Shown: positions 19,801-27,538 of the stretch, in pieces | How positions within the stretch are numbered: position 1 is the first letter of the stretch | Layout of the letters: each line of letters starts with the position of its first letter | Source: a virus | Length of the DNA: 52,108 nt | IMG/VR virus record: IMGVR_UViG_3300045988_060999 | Reading direction: 5' to 3' (one strand) | Position numbers and translations under genes: made by a program | The notes under the pieces: generated by a model | Databases searched by the model: none | Told to the model about the DNA's origin: nothing | Seen by the model: only the letters and a program-made list of their open reading frames with translations

Positions 19801-20449
19801 AACGCAAAACATGGTAAATACAGCGGTGACAATAATTTCACAGTTACCGGGTAAATTTTGGTCTTGGTTACAAAATACAATTTCAAAAATTGCATCATGG
19901 GGCGGTAATATGGTTTCATCTGGTAGAACAGCAATAACTAATTTTATCAGTTCTGTGATTGATACACTTGTATCTTTGCCGGGTAAAGTTTGGAATATTT
20001 TACAACAAATTCCTAGCAAAGTTTCCAGTCTTGGTAGTACATTATACAATGCAGGTCGGTCAGCATTTTCAAGATTGTGGGATGGAATAAAGTCAATTGG
20101 TAGTGGTATTCTTGGATGGGTACAAGGTTTTGCAAGTAAAATTGGAAGTTTTGTAAGTAGTATCGTTTCTGGTTTTCAGAGCATTGTTGGAAAATCTAAC
20201 GAAGCAAGGTCAGCCGCATCTTCCGTGAATGGACACCACGCAAATGGACTTGACTATGTTCCATTTAATGGTTATACAGCTTATTTGCATAAGGGTGAAA
20301 GAGTTCTAACAAAGCAGGAAAACGAAGCATATACAAGAGGTAGAACATCACAAGGCGATACGTTTAATTTTTACAATACAAAACCGAACGCATATGAATA
20401 TGCTCGACAAATGAAAAAAGCAAAAAAGGAATTGTTAGAAGGATTTTAA
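16895..20449 (+). CDS. tape measure protein
   Basis: 1184 aa with an N-terminal TMP core (AMAGW..., hydrophobic segments) and internal tandem repeats. Confidence 0.9.
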   Translation: MAVNIGSAVAYLELDTSKFSKGFKTAYNDLKVFSDKSATAGNKLRGLSSTFDSVGKSLTKTVTVPLVGIGTAAVKTAAQFDSHMSEVKAISGATGEQFTQLRNKAIEMGAKTKYSASESAQAFKYMAMAGWDTKDMLNGISGVMNLAAASGEDLASVSDIVTDAMTAFGLSADGTTKVIKNGLTVEVSNATHFADVLSQASRKSNTNVAMMGETFKYVAPVAGALGYSVEDTAVAIGLMANSGIKASQAGTTLRTLLTNMAKPTDTMQSAMDYLGISLETTDGKMKSFSEVMQDLRKSFGQCKMPMDTFKKKLAEIEKQHESGEITEKKYNAAVEDLTKKAYGAEGALKANLAASLAGAQGMSGLLAIVNSTDEDFQNLTDSINNCDGVSQDMADTMNDNLNGAVTLLKSAIESALISIGDRFTPVIRKLAENITGLIEKFNGLSDEQKDQIVKWGLIVAAIGPSLIVFSSVTKLLANVADGFKLTKDAIFGFEKVLKRGTFELGKVTTYTKQIPGLLDNMMLAVNTNVEGYGLLGGSIRSVGQAFSFLISKINPVAVVITLLVASFATLWKTNEKFRNKVIGIWEQVKGKFQEFSDAITEKINALGFNFKDITDVIKGAWEGFANAIASPIITNALQLIADTFGNVLDFILGAVDTLLGLFTGNHEQFVSGIKEMLSAISSAILDGIKNIGSLVGELLANVLELFGFDKAADAVRTFFTETFPQAIEGAKEKIKSVISNVLDSIMSFSDGVSENFHKAVDGVKDFASNVKEFWTEKVPDAFRSGKDKVVEVVTGIKDKIKEGFTGALDAIKQFGTNVKTFFTQTIPEAFISFVTETVPNFVQSVVTFFETLPEKVGFAIGQFIGKLYVFGSDMISWAAEAIPSLIDSIVTFFAELPGKIWTWLQNTIEKIKTWGAAMKDAAVMFAQNTIDSVVNWFMQLPGKIWTWLQNVITKIKAWGSNMLSSAKTSTQNMVNTAVTIISQLPGKFWSWLQNTISKIASWGGNMVSSGRTAITNFISSVIDTLVSLPGKVWNILQQIPSKVSSLGSTLYNAGRSAFSRLWDGIKSIGSGILGWVQGFASKIGSFVSSIVSGFQSIVGKSNEARSAASSVNGHHANGLDYVPFNGYTAYLHKGERVLTKQENEAYTRGRTSQGDTFNFYNTKPNAYEYARQMKKAKKELLEGF
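19550..20077 (+). repeat. four tandem 132-nt (44-aa) repeats inside the tape measure gene
   Basis: TT(A/G)CCGGGTAAA recurs at 19580, 19712, 19844 and 19976. The peptide core is LPGK(I/F/V)W.(W/I)LQ. Confidence 0.85.
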
Positions 20450-20464
20450 AGGAGGTGCAGAACA

Positions 20465-21421
20465 TTGATAGATTTTATAACATTAAGAAATTTTACAAGA
20501 CAAGAAAGTGTTGGAATCAAAAAAGACGGAAGAAATTTTGTGTTAGATTCAATCGACTGGGATGCACCTTCCGTTGAAACAAATGTCTATAGAGTGCCGT
20601 ATCAGATTGGAAGTACGTTGAGTAATGTTATCGTAGGAACAAGAAAAATAACTATTATAGGCTATATCATAGCGAATACTATGGATATAGACACCCGTGG
20701 TATTACATGGGATGAATATTTCCAAAAACAAAAGGAAGAAATTGAAACAAATAAAGAATTTTTGAATGACATGATTTCTATTTATGAGGAAATTCTTATC
20801 GCAGTAGACGGATATTATTTGAAAGGTTATCCAACACAGCCTGTAAAATATTCTAATACGGAAGAAGAAAACAACGAAGTGTTATGTAAGTTTTCGATTG
20901 AAATAGAATGTTTTGACCCAACGTTTTATAAAGACAGTACAGTGGTTCATCTTGCGTATGTTTCGCCTACGTTTCACTTTCCACTTATTTTGACAGAAGA
21001 CAAAAGCGACGAGTATGTTGTTTTCGGTGAAATACATAAACGGCAAAGTATATTAATTGAAAACAAAGGTAGCATTGATGTTGGTTGTAAAATTATCATA
21101 AAAGCTGTTGGTGGTAGTGTTATCAATCCGAAAGTCTATAATGTCAATACTGGTGAATATGTTGAATTTACAGGGATTACGTTATCAGATGGAGAAACGC
21201 TTACAATAACAACAGAAACAGGAAATGAAAATGCAATCAGACATTCGTTGACAAGGGATGTGGACGAATCTGTGATAGGATTTATGAAGCCGGGAAGTGA
21301 CTTCTTTAAGGTATTACGAGGCTCTTACTATTATGCGTATTCTGCTAATGAAGAATCAATGAATAATATTGATGTAACAATAGAATTTACTGAAAGATTT
21401 TTCAATATAAGAGGTATGTAG
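20465..21421 (+). CDS. distal tail protein (Dit)
   Basis: It sits directly after the tape measure. TTG start after AGGAGG. 318 aa. Confidence 0.6.
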   Translation: MIDFITLRNFTRQESVGIKKDGRNFVLDSIDWDAPSVETNVYRVPYQIGSTLSNVIVGTRKITIIGYIIANTMDIDTRGITWDEYFQKQKEEIETNKEFLNDMISIYEEILIAVDGYYLKGYPTQPVKYSNTEEENNEVLCKFSIEIECFDPTFYKDSTVVHLAYVSPTFHFPLILTEDKSDEYVVFGEIHKRQSILIENKGSIDVGCKIIIKAVGGSVINPKVYNVNTGEYVEFTGITLSDGETLTITTETGNENAIRHSLTRDVDESVIGFMKPGSDFFKVLRGSYYYAYSANEESMNNIDVTIEFTERFFNIRGM

Positions 21422-21422
21422 A

Positions 21423-22646
21423 ATGAGTACAATAGAAATTTTAGACAGAAATTTTAAAAGATTGGATATTCTCAGACATTACACCTTTTCTCAGTATAAC
21501 ATGAAATTTCGAGGAATAGGAACATTCACGGTTAATGCACCACTTGAATTGAATACAATCTTTCTAAACAGGGAAGAACAATATTACTTGTTGTTTAATG
21601 GCAACGTACATCCAGTTGTCGGGAAAGTTGAAGATGTGAAAAAGGAATCTGAGGATGAAGAAAATAAATTAATTATAACAGGAAGACTTGCATTATTCAT
21701 CTTGACAAAACGGATTGTTTCTGATACTATTAATACAAGCGGAACAACGCTTGAACATATGGAAAAATTAGTAACAGAGAATATACTGAAAGTAAAAAAC
21801 AGCCGTTATCTTCCTATTACAATTGATGATAGTGCAGTGAACAAAAACAAGCTGTCTAAAGTTGATAGGCAAGTTACAGGCGGTTACATTTGGGATGAAT
21901 TTGAAGAACTTTTGGAACAGGATAAAATAGGAGTAGAATTATATCCGAAGATAGTTCCGACCTACAGCATAAATGATATTTTTTCCAATGTTACGGATTG
22001 GACGTTGAAATTCTCGTCTGGAATTGACAGAACAAAAGGGAATGTAGATGGAAATGTTCCGGTAATTTTTTCGCAACAACTTAGTAACATAAACAGAGTT
22101 GATTATGAAAGAAATGTAGAGAATCATTGCAATATTGCTTATGTTGCCGGTGAAGGTGAAGGAAGTAACAGAAAGTGGTTTGAAATCCCTATTAATCAGG
22201 AAGAGTCACAAGAAACAAAAGGTTGGGAACGAAGTGAATTATGGATAGATGCAAGAGATATTCAGTCGGAAGATGATGATGGAAACCAACTAACAGATGA
22301 GCAATATAATGCACTGATAAAACAAAGAGCAGAAGAGAAAGCCGTTGAAAATGATATACAAGAAAGTTATGAAGCGACAGTCATAACAAAAAACAAAAGG
22401 TATGTTTATGGAAAAGATTATTTTCTTGGCGATTTTGTGACGGTTGTAGATACTCAGCTAGGACTTGAATTTGATGTGCAGATAGTTGGCATAACGTTCT
22501 CAACACAAGACACAGAAGAAATTACAGACATTGAATTACAATATGGAAATAAGCGTATAAGTCCACAATCAATTCTACAACAGAACAAAAGAAAAACAGA
22601 ACAAAACTCAAACGATATTCGTTATATGTTGACGAAGATTAAATAA
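21423..22646 (+). CDS. tail-tip protein (siphovirus Gp37-like / Tal position)
   Basis: Called from position after Dit. 407 aa. Confidence 0.5.
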   Translation: MSTIEILDRNFKRLDILRHYTFSQYNMKFRGIGTFTVNAPLELNTIFLNREEQYYLLFNGNVHPVVGKVEDVKKESEDEENKLIITGRLALFILTKRIVSDTINTSGTTLEHMEKLVTENILKVKNSRYLPITIDDSAVNKNKLSKVDRQVTGGYIWDEFEELLEQDKIGVELYPKIVPTYSINDIFSNVTDWTLKFSSGIDRTKGNVDGNVPVIFSQQLSNINRVDYERNVENHCNIAYVAGEGEGSNRKWFEIPINQEESQETKGWERSELWIDARDIQSEDDDGNQLTDEQYNALIKQRAEEKAVENDIQESYEATVITKNKRYVYGKDYFLGDFVTVVDTQLGLEFDVQIVGITFSTQDTEEITDIELQYGNKRISPQSILQQNKRKTEQNSNDIRYMLTKIK

Positions 22647-22666
22647 AAGACAGGGGGTGCAAAGAA

Positions 22667-23347
22667 ATGTCAATAAATGCAAAAAGTGGTTTTTTTAATG
22701 CAACAAAAAAATCCGATGGCAGTTACGACAGAACGTATGATGCATCTGATTTTGCAAGTTATTTTTCAAATTTTGTTAGTAATGGTGTTTTTATTTCACC
22801 AGCAGACCAACTAAGGGTAAGTGCAAAAACAGGGCTGACAGTAACAGTCAAAAAAGGAAAGGCTTTTATCGAAGGTTATTGGTTCGAATTGGTAGAAGAT
22901 TGTGATATAACGTTGCCTGTAAATTCTGGAACACAGGAAAGGACAGATGTAATATGCGTTAGACTGAACAAACAAAATAGGGCAGTTGAACTAGTAACAA
23001 AATCTGGCGTAACAAGTACACTCCCCACTGTCTCAGGAACAGCACACGAATTGGTGTTAGCGGAGATTGCCGTAGGTGTAAGTGTTACAACGTTGACAGC
23101 AGGAAACATTACCGATAGAAGACCAGACAAAAATTATTGTGGATATGTTGGTGCGCTTGTAACTGATATTGATACGACACATCTTTATAATCAATTTACG
23201 AATCAGTTCAACACATGGTTCGCAGAATTAAAAAAACAATTTGGAAGTGATGCGGTAGGAGCGTTGCAACAGTCTATTAGTAATCTAACTGATAGAATGA
23301 ATACAGCGGAAACAGAAATTTCAAAACGACTTAAAATTAAGCCGTAG
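22667..23347 (+). CDS. tail/baseplate protein (fibre-anchor-like N-terminus)
   Basis: It contains YDRTYDASDFASYFSNFVSNGVF...GKAFIEGYWF, a pattern common at the N-termini of Firmicutes phage tail proteins. Confidence 0.5.
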   Translation: MSINAKSGFFNATKKSDGSYDRTYDASDFASYFSNFVSNGVFISPADQLRVSAKTGLTVTVKKGKAFIEGYWFELVEDCDITLPVNSGTQERTDVICVRLNKQNRAVELVTKSGVTSTLPTVSGTAHELVLAEIAVGVSVTTLTAGNITDRRPDKNYCGYVGALVTDIDTTHLYNQFTNQFNTWFAELKKQFGSDAVGALQQSISNLTDRMNTAETEISKRLKIKP

Positions 23348-23363
23348 GAGAACAAAAAGGAAA

Positions 23364-23654
23364 ATGGAAAATGATAGATTGTTAAATGTAATGCGTGATA
23401 CAATTAAGCAATATGTAGAAGCAAACAAAACAAAAAACAAAATTATTTTTTTATTAATTGTTTTATTGTTTTTACAATCGTTTGTAAGTTTTGGCTGTTT
23501 TTGTTACCATGAAACACATTGTAAACATTATATTGTCGAAAGTGCTATTGACAGTCAAAGCAAAATGGAAGATATACAAGCGAATGTTTATTTGTGCCAC
23601 GCATGGTGGGAAAATGTATGGATGAAGAAACACAGAAAACCAGAAAAAGGTTAA
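23364..23654 (+). CDS. small membrane protein with a Cys/His-rich segment
   Basis: One TM helix (IIFLLIVLLFLQSFVSFG) is followed by CFCYHETHCKHY...CHAWW. Confidence 0.5.
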   Translation: MENDRLLNVMRDTIKQYVEANKTKNKIIFLLIVLLFLQSFVSFGCFCYHETHCKHYIVESAIDSQSKMEDIQANVYLCHAWWENVWMKKHRKPEKG

Positions 23655-23851
23655 AAGGAATATGGTCGGTAGAAGAATTTAATGACCTGTTAGAAAGAAC
23701 AATGTTATCAACAGAAGAAAAACAAATACTAATATTGTATTACAAAGAACAAAAGACATTGACATACATTGCAGACTTTCTTGGAATGTCAGAAATAACT
23801 GTCAAAAGAAAACATAAAAAGTTATTGATGAAAATAGGAAAAATGTTATGA
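23618..23851 (+). CDS. sigma-70 region-4-like / YlxM-like HTH transcriptional regulator
   Basis: LSTEEKQILILYYKEQKTLTYIADFLGMSEITVKRKHKKLLMKI. The start is uncertain (23594, 23603 or 23618). Confidence 0.65.
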   Translation: MDEETQKTRKRLKGIWSVEEFNDLLERTMLSTEEKQILILYYKEQKTLTYIADFLGMSEITVKRKHKKLLMKIGKML

Positions 23852-23854
23852 ATT

Positions 23855-23880
23855 AAGGACGCATTTGGCGTCCTTTTTTA
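23855..23880 (+). terminator. intrinsic terminator
   Basis: GGACGC-atttg-GCGTCC followed by TTTTTT. Confidence 0.8.
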
Positions 23881-23960
23881 TTTGCTATTTTTATGATACT
23901 TTTTAGATATTTCATATTATATGGTTATGTTAAAATAAAATTAGAAAGGAGGTAATTGAA

Positions 23961-24413
23961 ATGTACGCTTATCCATATGGAATGAATAATAATATGCAAC
24001 AGCAATTGGCACAGAATAGAATGGAACAATTGCAACAGCAGTATAATAATATGTTTCCGATGATGCAACAACAACAGCAGATACAGCAACCACAGCAGTT
24101 TTTGAAAGGTAGACCAGTTTCGAGTTTGGAAGAAGCAAGGGCTAGTATGATAGACTTAGATGGTAGCTTGTTTGTTTTTACAGATATCGCAAATAACAAA
24201 ATATATACGAAACAAATAATGTTAGATGGTACAGCAGAACTTAAAACATATGAACTTGTAGAACAAAACAAAGCACAAGTAGAACATAAAAATAGCAATG
24301 AATGTGTATCAAAAAAAGAATTTGACGAAGTGATTGGAAAATTAAAGAAACAAATCGAAGTCTTAAAGGAGGGCATATTATATGATGCAGAACATGATAC
24401 AGCAAATGATTAA
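23961..24413 (+). CDS. Gln/Met-rich N-terminus protein, hypothetical
   Basis: The N-terminus reads QQQLAQNRMEQLQQQYNNMFPMMQQQQQIQQPQQ and is followed by KGRPVSSLEEARASMIDLDGS. AAGGAGG RBS. Confidence 0.6.
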   Translation: MYAYPYGMNNNMQQQLAQNRMEQLQQQYNNMFPMMQQQQQIQQPQQFLKGRPVSSLEEARASMIDLDGSLFVFTDIANNKIYTKQIMLDGTAELKTYELVEQNKAQVEHKNSNECVSKKEFDEVIGKLKKQIEVLKEGILYDAEHDTAND

Positions 24414-24570
24414 ATGCAACCCGTTGTATAAAAGGGCAGAGCAAATGGCACGAGGAAAAAGTGAGAATGAATTGAAACAAGTAGCTGTAAATTTATGCAA
24501 ACAGAGAGGGATAAATATTAATGAAGCGTATAAACAGTTTCAAAGTTTTATGGGCGGTATGAACCGATAA
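24382..24570 (+). CDS. small hypothetical protein
   Basis: An AAGGAGGG RBS sits 9 nt upstream. It overlaps the end of the previous gene. Confidence 0.5.
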   Translation: MMQNMIQQMIKCNPLYKRAEQMARGKSENELKQVAVNLCKQRGININEAYKQFQSFMGGMNR

Positions 24571-24608
24571 ACGGTTTATATAAATATTTTTTAAAGGAGG
24601 TACATACT

Positions 24609-25301
24609 ATGAGTATGGATGGTAATGGTTTAAGTGTAGCTGATGCATTGGCATTAGGACGAGACGGCAATGGAATGTTTGGAGATGGCAATGGAAGTTG
24701 GATTTTCTTTTTGTTTTTCCTACTTGCATGGGGCGGCAACTTTGGAAACTGGGGTGGTAACGGTATGAATAGCACAGCAAGCGCATATACAGACAGCGCA
24801 ATTCAGAGAGGTTTCGACAATCAGGCAGTCATGAACAAACTGAATGGTCTTGAAAGTGGATTATGTGATGGATTCTATTCAGTCAACACTTCACTTCTGA
24901 ATGGTTTCAATGGAACACAGCAAGCAATTAACAATGTAGCAGTTGCAGGTATGCAAAACACAAATGCACTTGCATCACAGCTTTCTGATTGTTGTTGCAC
25001 AACACAACGGAGCATTGATGCAGTAAGATATGAGAACGCAAGAAATACTTGTGATATCGTAAACGCAATTAAAGCTGATGGTGATGCAACGAGAGCATTA
25101 ATGACACAGAATGAGATTCAGAGTCTGAGAGACCAGTTGCAGACAGCAAACTTCCAGCTGAGTCAACAGGCACAGAACGCTACTTTGATTTCAACATTAA
25201 GACCGACACCAATTCCGGCTTATCAGACTTGTTCACCATATGAAAGCGCACAGTTGTTTTCACATTATGGAACAGCCTGTAACAATGGATGTGGATGCTA
25301 A
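24609..25301 (+). CDS. Gly/Asn-rich single-TM protein with a Cys-rich C-terminus, hypothetical
   Basis: GNG repeats flank SWIFFLFFLLAW. The middle is Asn/Gln/Ala-rich and helical. It has a CCC triplet and ends in CNNGCGC. Confidence 0.6.
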   Translation: MSMDGNGLSVADALALGRDGNGMFGDGNGSWIFFLFFLLAWGGNFGNWGGNGMNSTASAYTDSAIQRGFDNQAVMNKLNGLESGLCDGFYSVNTSLLNGFNGTQQAINNVAVAGMQNTNALASQLSDCCCTTQRSIDAVRYENARNTCDIVNAIKADGDATRALMTQNEIQSLRDQLQTANFQLSQQAQNATLISTLRPTPIPAYQTCSPYESAQLFSHYGTACNNGCGC

Positions 25302-25355
25302 AGTGTTTATTTGATGGTTAAAAAGGACTTTCCGCTTATGCGTGATGAATTTGTA

Positions 25356-25380
25356 GGGGCGGTGAATAACCGCCCTTATT
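25356..25380 (+). terminator. GC-rich hairpin (partial terminator or RNA stabiliser)
   Basis: GGGCGG-tgaataa-CCGCCC followed by TTATT. Confidence 0.55.
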
Positions 25381-25414
25381 CGTTTAATTAGAACGTTAGA
25401 AAGGGTGATAGAAA

Positions 25415-25789
25415 ATGTCATGTAGTTTATATAATAATAATGGTTACGGTTGTGGTGGATGTATTCACTTTGTAAAAACAAATAGTGTGACATTACTGGG
25501 TAATGTTTTGACATTAAATATTCCACAAGCAAGCTATAGCAACAAAGAAAGGGTGTGTATTTGTATAGCACAAACAATACCAAGTGTTACAAGTGCAGAC
25601 ACAGTTGTTATAACAATAGGAGCAGGCGCAACACAATATCCATTAAGAACAAGATGTGGTAATAATGTCCACGCAGACCAATTAAGAAGCAGAAAAGTAT
25701 ATCATACAAATGTTGCTACAGATGTTGGCGTATTCACAGTTTCAGAATGTGAATTATGCAAGACAGGTTATAATTTTCCAGTAATTTAA
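25415..25789 (+). CDS. Cys-rich small protein, hypothetical
   Basis: 124 aa with the segments GCGGC, CICI, RTRCG and CELC. Confidence 0.55.
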   Translation: MSCSLYNNNGYGCGGCIHFVKTNSVTLLGNVLTLNIPQASYSNKERVCICIAQTIPSVTSADTVVITIGAGATQYPLRTRCGNNVHADQLRSRKVYHTNVATDVGVFTVSECELCKTGYNFPVI

Positions 25790-25807
25790 TTTAAGGAGGG
25801 TAAAACT

Positions 25808-26533
25808 ATGTATGAAGTGAATGGCGTAAAGTATGACGAAAATAATCAAAAAATAAACACGGAACAAAACTGGAATATGCAAGAACAGCCACAAATGGGA
25901 GTACCACGAAACAAACGTATGCAAGAAAACATTGCAGAAGAAGTGTATATGAAACTGGATGAACATATGCAGAAAGCATTAAGTTTCCATGAACAGCTTG
26001 CGGATTATTTCTGTTTTCTTGGTTTACAAGGCTTTAAGAGAAAATTAGAATGTCAGTATATGGATGAATGTGCAAACAAAAGAAAGTTGCATCATAAGTA
26101 TATCAACATTCACCAGAAGTTGATTCCATTAAGACAGGCACAGTTTCCACAGATGATTCCGAGGGATTGGAGCAAGTACACAACAAATGACGTAAACGAC
26201 AGTGTTCTTCCAAAGTTTGTTAAGAGTGCTATGGAACAGTACAAACAATGGGAACATGAAACAAAAGAACTGTATGAAGAACAGTGGCAGAAATGTATGA
26301 ACAATGGCATGGGAGCAGATGCAGAGTACATTTCAAAACTGATACAAGATGTAACAAAAGAACTGAAAGAAATCAACAGAATGTGTGAACATCTCAATGG
26401 AACTGGATATGATGTAATAGCAATTCATAGTATGCAGGACAAATATCATGAAAAATACAAAAACAAATACAATGACACTTATACAGACAAGTGGAAGAAG
26501 AAAGAAGTAAAAAACAAAACACAAAACAAATAA
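25808..26533 (+). CDS. ferritin-like four-helix-bundle protein (degenerate metal site) with a Lys-rich tail
   Basis: LADYFCFLGLQGFKRKLECQYMDECANKRKLHHKYINIHQKLIPL follows the ferritin A-B helix pattern. The ExxH ligand pattern is not conserved. Confidence 0.45.
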   Translation: MYEVNGVKYDENNQKINTEQNWNMQEQPQMGVPRNKRMQENIAEEVYMKLDEHMQKALSFHEQLADYFCFLGLQGFKRKLECQYMDECANKRKLHHKYINIHQKLIPLRQAQFPQMIPRDWSKYTTNDVNDSVLPKFVKSAMEQYKQWEHETKELYEEQWQKCMNNGMGADAEYISKLIQDVTKELKEINRMCEHLNGTGYDVIAIHSMQDKYHEKYKNKYNDTYTDKWKKKEVKNKTQNK

Positions 26534-26540
26534 ATAAAAC

Positions 26541-26621
26541 AAAAGCCTATATATTATATATAATATTATTAATATAGCTTATAAAAGCTATTTATGTTAT
26601 ATGTAAATATATAGGCTTTTT
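26541..26621 (+). terminator. long composite hairpin terminator
   Basis: AAAAGCCTATATAT (26541-26554) pairs with ATATATAGGCTTTT (26607-26620). There is an inner hairpin TAGCTT..AAGCTA, and a T run follows. Confidence 0.7.
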
Positions 26622-26648
26622 GTTCTTTAAAAAAATATAAAATAGTTG

Positions 26649-26680
26649 TTGACATACTATGTGTTATGTGTTATTATAAT
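26649..26680 (+). promoter_or_regulatory. sigma-A promoter, extended -10
   Basis: TTGACA, 17-nt spacer ending in TGt, then TATTATAAT. The leader starts ATCAGAAACAAG. Confidence 0.7.
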
Positions 26681-26725
26681 ATCAGAAACAAGGAAACAAC
26701 ATAAAATGTGAAGGAGAAAACAAAA

Positions 26726-27049
26726 ATGAGATATAACAAACCAGTATATAGCAAAGAACAGTATAAAAGATGGGCAGAATCAGAAAAAAGACATCATGAT
26801 TTTATGAGAAAACATACACAGGAAACAAGAAAGGTTTATGAAATTAATGGTTATTTTGTAGAATGTATTCAGAGAAAATATGATGCATGTTTAGAAAAAG
26901 AAAATGAATACGGTATTCAAGTTTGGTTAAGAAGACCAGAAGAAGTTACGGCTGATAAAGTTTTTGAAAATTGTTTATCAAATGATTGGTATAACAATGC
27001 AGAAGAAGCAAATAAAAGATTTAAAGAAGTAAAAGAAATGTGTTACTAA
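26726..27049 (+). CDS. hypothetical protein (single-gene cassette 1)
   Basis: GAAGGAGAAAACAAAAATG initiation region. Confidence 0.6.
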   Translation: MRYNKPVYSKEQYKRWAESEKRHHDFMRKHTQETRKVYEINGYFVECIQRKYDACLEKENEYGIQVWLRRPEEVTADKVFENCLSNDWYNNAEEANKRFKEVKEMCY

Positions 27050-27058
27050 AAAATAAAA

Positions 27059-27090
27059 GGGGTTGACAAAACAACCCCTTGTGTTAATAT
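27059..27090 (+). promoter_or_regulatory. overlapping terminator hairpin and sigma-A promoter
   Basis: The hairpin GGGGTTG-acaaaa-CAACCCC contains the -35 TTGACA (27063-27068). TGtTAATAT forms the -10 (27082-27090). Confidence 0.6.
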
Positions 27091-27134
27091 AGAATCAACA
27101 AAAGGAAAGCAAGTTCAAGAAGGAGGAACAAACA

Positions 27135-27335
27135 ATGATGAATGAAAAAATGATGGAAACAGTAGAAAGTATGTATGCAGGTGTAAGAAGAGGTTTATTA
27201 GAAGTACATGAAGCAACAGATAGAATGTGTGGTTATTTACGTTGCCTGTGTGATATGGGAATGATTACAGAAAACACTCGTTCCAAAATGTATACAGACT
27301 TTGTAGAAAAAGTTTTAGAACTTGAAACAAAATAA
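27135..27335 (+). CDS. hypothetical protein (single-gene cassette 2)
   Basis: GAAGGAGG RBS. 66 aa. Confidence 0.6.
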   Translation: MMNEKMMETVESMYAGVRRGLLEVHEATDRMCGYLRCLCDMGMITENTRSKMYTDFVEKVLELETK

Positions 27336-27345
27336 AAATAAAATA

Positions 27346-27378
27346 CCACTTGACATTAAAAGTGTTGAGTGGTATAAT
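27346..27378 (+). promoter_or_regulatory. sigma-A promoter embedded in a 10-bp hairpin
   Basis: TTGACA at 27350-27355, 17-nt spacer, TATAAT at 27373-27378. CCACTTGACA pairs with TGTTGAGTGG. Confidence 0.6.
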
Positions 27379-27400
27379 AAAAACAGGTTAGGAGGAAAAC

Positions 27401-27535
27401 ATGAAAAAGTTAAAAATGCTCTGGAAAGAATGGGGCATCACAAAAGAAGAACTTGAAATAGGTTTTGCAACGCTTTGTGTGTTGTCAATCCCATTTCTTA
27501 TTAGATTCATTGTTTTATTTATCATGGGAATCTAG
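27401..27535 (+). CDS. 44-aa hydrophobic peptide (single-gene cassette 3; below the ORF-track size cut-off)
   Basis: AGGAGG sits 6 nt upstream of the ATG. The peptide is MKKLKMLWKEWGITKEELEIGFATLCVLSIPFLIRFIVLFIMGI. Confidence 0.55.
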   Translation: MKKLKMLWKEWGITKEELEIGFATLCVLSIPFLIRFIVLFIMGI

Positions 27536-27538
27536 GTA

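Noticed and set aside
16972-20049. Long minus-strand ORFs (16972-17673, 18064-18639, 18670-19362, 19477-20049), and all other minus-strand ORFs in the track.
   Set aside because: They lie antisense to strongly supported + strand genes (here the tape measure). They have low-complexity, hydrophobic, Cys- and Phe-rich translations typical of shadow frames in AT-rich DNA. They have no RBS. Every credible gene in this genome is on the + strand.
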